From NCBI GenBank assembly GCA_965261735.1, contig OZ253470.1:2400001-2464000 (forward strand): 64,000 nt of DNA, written 5' to 3'. Of the stretch, positions 9,704 to 18,006 are shown in pieces. A program made the translations under genes and the position numbers. The notes under the pieces were generated by a model. The model worked only from the letters and a program-made list of their open reading frames with translations, was not told the origin of the DNA and searched no databases. The first letter of the stretch is position 1. Every line of letters begins with the position of its first letter. The stretch is from Alphaproteobacteria bacterium. Lineage in GTDB: Bacteria > Pseudomonadota > Alphaproteobacteria > SHVV01.

Positions 9704-10879
9704 ATGTCATCGAGCGCCGCGCCGCGCACCACCAACCGGTTCCACGCCGACCCCGAGCTGTCCTACACCCTGCCCGGCCGCTACTACTTCGACGCCGGGA
9801 TCTACGCGAGCGAGAAGGAGGAGATCTTCTTTAAGTCCTGGCAGTTCGCGGGCTACGTCCACGAGCTGCGCGAGCCCGGCGACTACGTCACCGCGCGCAT
9901 CGTCGACCAGCCGGTGTTCGTCGTGCGCGCCAAGGACGGAGCTTTGCGCGCCTATTACAACGCCTGCATGCACCGCGGCCACATCCTGCTCGAGGGCAGC
10001 GGCAACGTGCGCATGATCACCTGCCCGTTCCACGCCTGGACCTATGATCTCGAGGGCAACCTCAAGGCGGCGGGAAACTCGGAGAACGTCGCAGGCTTCG
10101 ACCACGGCGATTTCTGCCTGCCGGAGATCGGGGTCGAGGAGTTCGCCAACATGGTGTTCGTCAACCTCGATGCGGGCGCGCCCTCGCTCGCCAGCCAGGC
10201 CGGCGACCTGGCCGAGGACTTCCGGACCAACGTCGTCAATTTCGACCGCCTCCGCTTCGGCCGGCGCGACCCCTACAAGCTTAAGTGCAATTGGAAGTTC
10301 GTGATGGACCAGAACGAGTGCTACCACTGCCCGATCATCCATCCGCGGGTCTCCAGCGTCCAGGACGGTCCCGACAACTGGACGACCACCGAGTACGCGT
10401 TGTGGTCCAAGCATCTCATCCGCGCCAACCCGACCATCCGCGCTGAGCGCGAGCAGGCGCTGCGCGAGCCCATTCCGGCGGACGATCTCCAGCTCGACAT
10501 GTACATCTGGTTCCTGTGGCCGAATCTGGTGTTCGTCACGCAGTGGGGTCCGGCCAACTTCCGTGTCATGCACTGCATGCCCGAGGGGCCCGAGCTCACC
10601 ATCGAGAACGTCGATACCTTCGTCCTCAACGACCCGCCGAGCGGCGACGACATCGACGCCATGAACCGCTTCCGCGACGTAGTCCAGCCGCAGGACACCC
10701 TGGCCATGGAGCAGCAGCAGCTCGGCGTGCACGCACGCGGCTACTGGCAGGGCCGCCTCATGGTCGACAAGGGTCGCACCTGGCGCAGCGAGCATGCGGT
10801 CCACCACTTCGACGACATGGTGTGGAGGGCGCTGAACGGCCCCGACTACGGCCCCGATACCGCCACCGCCGCGCGCTGA
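9704..10879 (+). CDS. Rieske oxygenase alpha subunit, CntA/YeaW-like (copy 4)
   Basis: CMHRG...CPFHAW; ECYHCPIIH; PQD. Confidence 0.9.
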   Translation: MSSSAAPRTTNRFHADPELSYTLPGRYYFDAGIYASEKEEIFFKSWQFAGYVHELREPGDYVTARIVDQPVFVVRAKDGALRAYYNACMHRGHILLEGSGNVRMITCPFHAWTYDLEGNLKAAGNSENVAGFDHGDFCLPEIGVEEFANMVFVNLDAGAPSLASQAGDLAEDFRTNVVNFDRLRFGRRDPYKLKCNWKFVMDQNECYHCPIIHPRVSSVQDGPDNWTTTEYALWSKHLIRANPTIRAEREQALREPIPADDLQLDMYIWFLWPNLVFVTQWGPANFRVMHCMPEGPELTIENVDTFVLNDPPSGDDIDAMNRFRDVVQPQDTLAMEQQQLGVHARGYWQGRLMVDKGRTWRSEHAVHHFDDMVWRALNGPDYGPDTATAAR

Positions 10880-12044
10880 TGACGAGCGTCGCGCCGACGG
10901 CTCGGGAGAGCCGGTTCGGTCACGATCCCGAGCACTCCGCGACGCTGCCCGGGCATTACTACATGGACCGGACGATCTTCGAGCGCGAGAACGAGGAGAT
11001 CTGGTTCAAGACCTGGCAGTTCGTCGGCTACCTCCACGATCTCGAAGGGCCCGGCGACTACATCACGACTACTCTCCTCGACCAGCCGCTGTTCGTGGTC
11101 CGCGCCAAGGACGGCAACCTGCGCGCCTTCTACAATGTGTGCATGCACCGCGGGCATATCCTGCTCGAGGGCACGGGCCATACGCGGATGATCACCTGCC
11201 CCTTCCATGCCTGGACCTACGATCTCGAAGGCAACCTCATGGCGGCGGGAAACTCGGAGAACGTGGCCGGCTTCGATGCGGGCGAGTTTTGCCTGCCCGA
11301 GATCCAGGTCGAAGAGTTCCTGCACATAGCGTTCGTCAATCTCGATGTGGGCGCACCCTCGCTCGCGAGCCAGGCCGGCGGGCTCGAGCGCGAGATTCGC
11401 GCCACCGTGCCGCAGTTCGAGCAGCTCAAGCTCGCCCGCCACGACCCCTTCGTGCTCAAGTGCAACTGGAAGTTCATCCTCGACGGCATGGAGTGCTACC
11501 ACTGTCCCCACATCCACCCTGGCGTTTTCGACGGCAAGAAGCCCGAGCTTCGCGAGTCGATCGAGCACGACGTGTGGGCGACGCACATTTCCTACGGCGA
11601 CGGCGAGGTCACCCGACATCAGCGGGACAAGCTGCCCTACGAGTTCGACGCCGACGATGCGCTCCAGAACGTCTACATCTGGTGGCTGTGGCCCAACCTG
11701 ATCTTCGTCCCCCCCAGGGGCCGAGCAACCTCAAGGTCATGCACATTCGCGCCGACAGCGTCGAGCGCTCGTTCATGGGGATCGACAACTTCTTCGTGAA
11801 CGACCCGCCGAGCGCGGCCGAGATCGGTAGCATGAACTGGTTCCGCGATGTGATTCAGCCGCAGGATACGCGCGCCATGGAGCTCCAGCAGCTCGACATG
11901 AGCGCGCGCGGCTACAGCCAGGGCCGCCTCATGGTCGATCGCGGGCGCACCTGGCGCAGCGAGCACACCACTCACCTGTTCGACCTGCGGGTGTGGCTCG
12001 CGCTCAACGCCGAGGGCACCCAGGTCGGCGGAGGCGAGGCATGA
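10879..12044 (+). pseudogene. Rieske oxygenase alpha subunit (copy 5), -1 frameshift
   Basis: Starts at the TGATG overlap; homology switches frame in the C7 run at 11709-11715 (WPNLIFV | QGPSNLKV). Could be a sequencing error. Confidence 0.8.
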
Positions 12045-12349
12045 CGGCAAACATCGTGCGAGACAAGCGGCGTAGGTTCCACCCCGACCCGGAGCATTCG
12101 GACACGCTGCCCGGGACCTACTACTGGGACCCCGACATCTTCGCCCGCGAGAAGGAGGAGATTTTCTTCAAGACGTGGCAGTTCGTGGGCTATGTGAGCG
12201 AGCTCAGGAGCCCGGGCGATTTCGTCACCGCGACTATCATCGACCAGCCCGTCTTCGTGATCCGCGCCAAGGAAGGGGCTTTGCGCGCCTACTACAACGT
12301 GTGCATGCACCGCGGTCATATCCTGCTCGAGGGCAAGGGCAACGTGCGC
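12041..12349 (+). pseudogene. Rieske oxygenase alpha subunit (copy 6), truncated
   Basis: About 100 codons match the paralogs up to CMHRGHILLEGKGNVR; homology then stops before MITCPFH. Confidence 0.85.
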
Positions 12350-12901
12350 CGCATCGCCCATCTTGGCGGCACCGCGCAGCTGCACCGCGTGGGGCGCGCG
12401 GCTCCGAAACCCTCACCCAACGGCCGGTTCGCAAGGCCGATAGGATCGATCGCTTTCTGCCCGGTCCGCAGCGGCCCAACGATGCGCTTGCCGGCACCCG
12501 CCGCCGCGTGGGAGGCGCCAACGCCGAGCGGCCGGGTGCGCGCCCCGGTAACGTGCGCCCCACCGCGGGCGAGGCACGCGCTCGGGAATCGCTCTCCACC
12601 CAGGCGGGCCACTCGAGCGCCTTCGTCACGCAGTTCATCGCCCAGGAAGTGATCCCCGACGACGAGCGCGGGCGGCCCGGTTTTCACGATGGCGGCGTCG
12701 CCGCGTACGAGGCCACGACCTGCGCGCGCGGGTCTATTTCGGGCCTAACCAGCCGATCGAAGTCCGCGCCTGAGCCGTTCTCCTATCGCGGGCGCGCGCC
12801 TCGGCTGCTGTGCCCGAGCGGGTGTTTCATGATATGACCCCGCCGGGCGCGGGCGCGCGATGCGCAGCCGGCGCCGAGGCGCAACTTGCGGGAACACTCC
12901 C

Positions 12902-14452
12902 ATGCCCGACGCCATGACGGCGGCCGAACTTGTGGCGCGCGGCGCCGACGCCGATATCGCGATCGGCGCACCGGGGAGAGCACCGCTCACCTTCGATGGC
13001 CTGCGCCGCCTGGTCACCGCCACCGTGCGCGACCTCAACGATATGGGCCTCGGCCGCGGCGACCGCGTCGCGATCGTGCTCCCCAACGGGCCCGAGATGG
13101 CGGCCTCCTTCGTGGCCATCGCCGCCGGCGCCAGCACCGCGCCGCTCAACCCCGCCTACCGCACGGACGAGTTCGCGTTCTACCTCGAAGACCTCGCGGC
13201 GAAGGCGCTCGTGGTAAGGGCCGGCAGCCCCACGCCCGCGCGCGAGGTGGCGGTAGAGCGCGGCCTCCGCCTGATCGAGCTCGACGTCGCGGACGGCGCC
13301 CCGGCCGGGAGCTTCAGCCTCGGCGGTGCCTGCGGCGGCGGCGCGGTACCCGTCGCCCGTGGCGGCATGGCGGAGGCCGACGACGAGGCGCTAGTGCTGC
13401 ACACCTCGGGCACCACCTCGCGCCCCAAGATCGTCCCCTTGAGCCAGCGCAATATCTGCGCTTCGGCCCGCAACGTCCGCGCGACCCTGGCGCTGACGGC
13501 TGCCGACCACTGCCTCAACATCATGCCGCTGTTCCATATCCACGGCCTGATCGCGGCCACGCTGGCGAGCCTCGGCGCCGGCGCCGCGGTCACCTGCACA
13601 CCGGGTTTTAACGCGCTGCGCTTTTTCGCCTGGCTCGAAGAGGTACAGCCGACCTGGTACAGCGCTGTCCCCACCATGCACCAAGCGATCGTGGCCCGCG
13701 CCCCCCGCAACCGCGAGATCATCGCCGCGAGCGAGCTGCGCTTCATCCGCTCGTCGAGCGCCTCGCTGCCGCCGCAGGTGATGGAGGAGCTCGAGGAGAC
13801 CTTCGGCGCACCGGTGATCGAATCCTACGGCATGACCGAGGCGGCACACCAGATGACGAGCAACCCGCTGCCGCCGGTGGCGCGCAAGCCCGGCACGGTC
13901 GGCATCGCCGCCGGCCCCGAGGTGGCAGTGATGGACGCGGCCGGCGCGCTCCTCAGGCCCGGCGATGTCGGCGAAGTGGTGATCCGCGGCGACAACGTCA
14001 CCGGCGGCTACGACCATAATCCTACGGCCAACGCCGAGGCCTTCACGGAAGGCTGGTTCCGTACCGGCGACCAGGGCCGCCTCGACGGCGACGGCTATCT
14101 CACGATTACCGGCCGCCTGAAGGAGATCATCAACCGCGGCGGCGAAAAGATTTCGCCGCGCGAGGTCGACGAGGTCCTGCTCGACCATGACGCCGTCATC
14201 GAGGCCGTGACCTTCGCCGTGCCGCACGACAAGCTCGGCGAGGACGTCGTCGCCGCCGCCGTGCTGCGCGACGGCGTGCATGCGAGCGGGCGCGATCTGC
14301 GTGCCTTCGTTGCCACGCGACTTGCCGACTTCAAGGTGCCGCGCCAGGTGCTCATCCTCGATGCCCTGCCCAAGGGCGCCACCGGCAAGGTTCAGCGCAT
14401 CGGTCTCGCCGACAAGCTCGGCCTCGGCCGGGCGCGGGAACCCGCCGCTTGA
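12902..14452 (+). CDS. Acyl-CoA synthetase, oxalate--CoA ligase-like
   Basis: HTSGTTSRPK, MPLFHIHGL, YSAVPTMHQ, YGMTEAAHQMTSNPLP: AAE3/PCS60-like. Confidence 0.85.
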   Translation: MPDAMTAAELVARGADADIAIGAPGRAPLTFDGLRRLVTATVRDLNDMGLGRGDRVAIVLPNGPEMAASFVAIAAGASTAPLNPAYRTDEFAFYLEDLAAKALVVRAGSPTPAREVAVERGLRLIELDVADGAPAGSFSLGGACGGGAVPVARGGMAEADDEALVLHTSGTTSRPKIVPLSQRNICASARNVRATLALTAADHCLNIMPLFHIHGLIAATLASLGAGAAVTCTPGFNALRFFAWLEEVQPTWYSAVPTMHQAIVARAPRNREIIAASELRFIRSSSASLPPQVMEELEETFGAPVIESYGMTEAAHQMTSNPLPPVARKPGTVGIAAGPEVAVMDAAGALLRPGDVGEVVIRGDNVTGGYDHNPTANAEAFTEGWFRTGDQGRLDGDGYLTITGRLKEIINRGGEKISPREVDEVLLDHDAVIEAVTFAVPHDKLGEDVVAAAVLRDGVHASGRDLRAFVATRLADFKVPRQVLILDALPKGATGKVQRIGLADKLGLGRAREPAA

Positions 14453-15429
14453 AGATCTCCCTCGTTGGCGCCGGCGCGATCGGCGGCCTATTGGGCGCGC
14501 GGCTCGCGCGCGCCGGCGAGGACGTCACCCTGATCGCGCGCGGCGCCCACCTCGCCGCCATCCGCGAGCATGGCTTGCGTCTCAGGAGCGGCGGCGAGGA
14601 GGACAGGGTCGAGGTCAAGGCGACCCACGATGCGGCCGCCGTCGGGCCACAGGACTACGTCGTCGTGACGCTGAAGGCCCACTCGGTACCCGCCATGGTC
14701 GAGCCCATGCAAGCGCTTCTCGGGCGCGACACCGCCATCGTCTCGGCCGTTAACGGCATCCCGTGGTGGTACTTCTACAAGCTCGACGGACCGTGGCGGG
14801 ACACGCGCGTCGAGGCCGTCGACCCAGGCGGCCGGCAGTGGTCGCTGCTCGGCCCGCGGCGCGCGATAGGCTGCGTCGTCTACCCCGCCTGCGAGATCGT
14901 CGAGCCGGGTGTCATCGAGCATGTTTATGGCGACAGATTCAGCCTCGGCGAGCCCGACGGTGTGCGCTCGGAACGTTGCGCCGCCCTGAGTAGGGCGTTT
15001 ATCGCTGCCGGCTTCAAGGCACCGGTGCGGGGCAACATCCGTAACGAGATATGGGTGAAGCTGTGGGGCAATCTCTCCTTCAACCCGGTAAGCGTGCTCA
15101 CCCATGCGACGCTCGACGTTATCGCCGGCGATGCCGGAACGCACGCCATCGTGCGCTCGATGATGGTCGAGGCGCAGAGCGTTGCGGAAGCCCTCGGGGC
15201 CAAGTTTCCGCTCACCGTCGATGCGCGTATTGCCGGGGCGGCAGAGGTCGGCGCCCATAAGACCTCGATGCTTCAGGACCTCGAGCGCGGGCGCGCCATG
15301 GAGATCGACGCCATGGTCGGGGCCGTCATCGAGCTCGGCCGGCTCGTGGCCGTACCGACGCCGACGATCGATATGATGTTTGCGTTGCTGGTCCAGCGCG
15401 CGCGCGCCGCCGGCACCTACGCGGGGTGA
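14449..15429 (+). CDS. Ketopantoate reductase family protein (PanE2/oxalyl-CoA reductase-like)
   Basis: GAGAIGG, NGIPWWY, KLWGN, HKTSMLQD; TTG start overlaps the ligase stop. Confidence 0.85.
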   Translation: MKISLVGAGAIGGLLGARLARAGEDVTLIARGAHLAAIREHGLRLRSGGEEDRVEVKATHDAAAVGPQDYVVVTLKAHSVPAMVEPMQALLGRDTAIVSAVNGIPWWYFYKLDGPWRDTRVEAVDPGGRQWSLLGPRRAIGCVVYPACEIVEPGVIEHVYGDRFSLGEPDGVRSERCAALSRAFIAAGFKAPVRGNIRNEIWVKLWGNLSFNPVSVLTHATLDVIAGDAGTHAIVRSMMVEAQSVAEALGAKFPLTVDARIAGAAEVGAHKTSMLQDLERGRAMEIDAMVGAVIELGRLVAVPTPTIDMMFALLVQRARAAGTYAG

Positions 15430-15660
15430 GCGACCCGCGCTCCTCGACCACCGGTGGAGGGGTGTCGACACGGCGCCCGTTCGATACGCCCCGGATCGCG
15501 AGAATACTCAACCGAATCAATATCTTAATTCTCGATGTGGGCCTATCCGGTTTGCAATTCTTTCCGGCTGCCACCACATGGTTAACGTTATCGAAGACTC
15601 CCGACGACGGGGAGAATCGGAGCACCAGGGAGGATTACACCGCCTTATGGAGGTGATGAC

Positions 15661-15957
15661 ATGGCGCGCATCGCCGCGCTCGTCTTCCTGGTTGTGGTTG
15701 CCGCCTTGCCCGCGGCAGCGCAGGTATTTTGTGCACCCCACGATGCCATCACGGACCTGCTCGGCAAGCGTTACGCCGAGGCGCCGGAGGCCTGGGGCCT
15801 CACGGCCGACGGCAACCTGATCGAGGTGTTCACGTCGCGCGGCGGCTCATGGACCCTCGTCGAGACCACCCCGGCCGGCACGAGCTGCCCTCAGGCCGCG
15901 GGCCAGGGCTGGACCCAAGTGCCAGTTCAGGCCCGTAAGCGCACGCCCTTCATGTAG
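15661..15957 (+). CDS. Small secreted hypothetical protein
   Basis: GGAGG RBS, signal-peptide-like N-terminus, C...C pair, GSWT motif. Confidence 0.75.
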   Translation: MARIAALVFLVVVAALPAAAQVFCAPHDAITDLLGKRYAEAPEAWGLTADGNLIEVFTSRGGSWTLVETTPAGTSCPQAAGQGWTQVPVQARKRTPFM

Positions 15958-15973
15958 CGCCAAGGCGCGCCGC

Positions 15974-17566
15974 TCAGTAGCCGAGCGCGATGCCGTCTTT
16001 GCGCGGCTCGGAGCCGCCGATCAGGGCCCCGTTCTCCCAGTCGATCCAGATCGCCTGACCGCCGCCGTGCGGATATTTGTTGCGGCCGACGCGGTGGCCG
16101 AGTGCCGCGAGGCCGTGCGCGGCGGCATCGCCGATGCCGCGCTCGAGCAGCAGATCGCCGCCGACGTGGAAGGCGCGCGCGAGGTCGAGCCCCTCCTGCA
16201 CGTCCATCCCGTAGTCGATGATGTTGGTGAGCAGATGGGTGTGGCCCACTGGCTGGTAGTAGCCGCCCATGACGCCGTAGGACAGGACCGCGCGGCCGTC
16301 CTTCTGCACCATGCCGGGGATGATGGTGTGGAGCGGCCGTTTGCTGGGCCCGATGCAGTTGGCGTGGCCGGCCGCGACGACGAACCCTGCGCCCCGGTTC
16401 TGCAGGAGGAACCCCGAGCGCGGCGCCACGAGGCCGGAGCCGAAGGAGTTGAACAGCGAATTGATAAAGGAGACCGCGTTGCGGTCGCGGTCGACGACCG
16501 TGAGGTAGACGGTATCGGGGTGGACCGGGAAGTTGGAGGCGCCGAGGTCGCCCATGGCGCGGTCGGGCGAAATCTGGCCGCGTAGGCGCTCGGCGTAGTC
16601 CGCCGACAGGAGGCGCTCGACGGGGACGTCGGCTTGTGAGGGATCGCCGATCAGCGTATCGCGCGCACGGTAGGCGAGCCTGGTCGCCTCGGCCTCGAGG
16701 TGCAGCCGCTCGACGCCGAGAGGATCGAGGTCGCCGAGCGGGTAGCCGGCCAGGATGTTGAGCATGAGCAGGACGGTGATGCCCTGGCCGTTGGGCGGAA
16801 TCTGGACGACCTCGTAGCCGCGGTAGGTGGTGCGGATTGGCGTCACGTAATCGGAACGGTGATCGGCGAAATCATCGAGCGTGTGCAGGCCACCGAGGCC
16901 GCGTAGGTAGGCCACCACCTCCTCGGCGATAGCGCCGGTATAGAAGGCATCCCGGCCGTCGCGTGCGAGCGCTTTCAGGGTCTCGGCGAGCAGCGGCTGG
17001 CGGTGGACCTCGCCGGCCCGCGGCGTCCGCCCCTGGGGCAGGAAAATCTGCCGCGCCGTTTCATCGACGCCGATCTTGCCGACCTCACGCTGCCAGTCCC
17101 AGGCGACGCGGGGCGCCACGACGTAGCCGTTTTCGGCATGGTCGATGGCCGGCGCCAGCACGGCGGCGAAGTCCATCGTCCCGTGATCGGCGAGGAGCCG
17201 CGCCCACGCGTCGACGGCGCCCGGCACGGTCACGCAGTGGGGGCTCAGATTGAGCGGCACCGCGTCCATCCCGCGTTCGAGATACCACTCGGCCGTTGCC
17301 GCCGCCGGCGCCCGGCCCGAGCCGTTAAGCCCAATGACCTCGCCCGTGCCACCAGGACACAAGAGCATGAAGCAATCGCCGCCGATGCCCGTCGACTGCG
17401 GCTCGACGACGGCGAGCACCGCGCTCGCCGCAATCGCCGCATCGATGGCGTTGCCGCCCGCGCGCAGCATGTCGATGGCGGCCAGGCTCGCCAGGGGATG
17501 CGAGGTCGCAGCCATGCCGTTCAAGGCATGCGCGGTTGAGCGGCCGGGAAGCTGAAAATCACGCAT
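15974..17566 (-). CDS. ggt: Gamma-glutamyltransferase family protein
   Basis: GGNAIDAA, EPQSTGIGGD, DTVYL nucleophile, KRPLHTIIP, RKDG. Confidence 0.9.
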   Translation of the reverse strand: MRDFQLPGRSTAHALNGMAATSHPLASLAAIDMLRAGGNAIDAAIAASAVLAVVEPQSTGIGGDCFMLLCPGGTGEVIGLNGSGRAPAAATAEWYLERGMDAVPLNLSPHCVTVPGAVDAWARLLADHGTMDFAAVLAPAIDHAENGYVVAPRVAWDWQREVGKIGVDETARQIFLPQGRTPRAGEVHRQPLLAETLKALARDGRDAFYTGAIAEEVVAYLRGLGGLHTLDDFADHRSDYVTPIRTTYRGYEVVQIPPNGQGITVLLMLNILAGYPLGDLDPLGVERLHLEAEATRLAYRARDTLIGDPSQADVPVERLLSADYAERLRGQISPDRAMGDLGASNFPVHPDTVYLTVVDRDRNAVSFINSLFNSFGSGLVAPRSGFLLQNRGAGFVVAAGHANCIGPSKRPLHTIIPGMVQKDGRAVLSYGVMGGYYQPVGHTHLLTNIIDYGMDVQEGLDLARAFHVGGDLLLERGIGDAAAHGLAALGHRVGRNKYPHGGGQAIWIDWENGALIGGSEPRKDGIALGY

Positions 17567-17728
17567 GGAGTCCCTCAGGCGGGGCGCGAACACCGAGGCG
17601 GGGAACGGGACGCGCCAGTATGCAACGGCGCGCGACGCAGGCGCAAACGCGCGCGCTGCGGCACGCTGGGACCGGCGATCGACGCAGGGCACCGAAGGGA
17701 GGGCGCGTGGGCTGCGGCGGGAGGAGCC

Positions 17729-17959
17729 TTACGGTCGTCGATCGAGGTTGGGCTCGAGAAGCCGGTGGAGGTGAACGATGACGTATTTGGTGTGGGCGTC
17801 GTCGACGGTGGCCTGGGACTTCCTGCGCCAGGCGTTGAGAGCGGATTTGTAGTCCGGGAAGACGCCGACCAGATCGAGCGCGGCGGGGTCGGTGAACTCG
17901 ACGCCGCGCGGGTCCGCGACCGTGCCGCCGGACACGAAGTGTAGAAGTTGCTTGGCCAT
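17729..17959 (-). CDS. DUF4170-like small protein
   Basis: LLHFVSGG...DLVGVFPDY...AW...QATVDDAH...HLHRLL. Confidence 0.75.
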   Translation of the reverse strand: MAKQLLHFVSGGTVADPRGVEFTDPAALDLVGVFPDYKSALNAWRRKSQATVDDAHTKYVIVHLHRLLEPNLDRRP

Positions 17960-18006
17960 TGGAGTCCGATCCTGTGGAGGCCGAGCGCGGGGGCGCGCCC
18001 GTACTC

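Noticed and set aside
3304-12349. DGR-like or gene-conversion cassette diversification of the Rieske genes
   Set aside because: There is no reverse transcriptase or recombinase, and conserved blocks differ at synonymous sites, which fits purifying selection on older duplicates.
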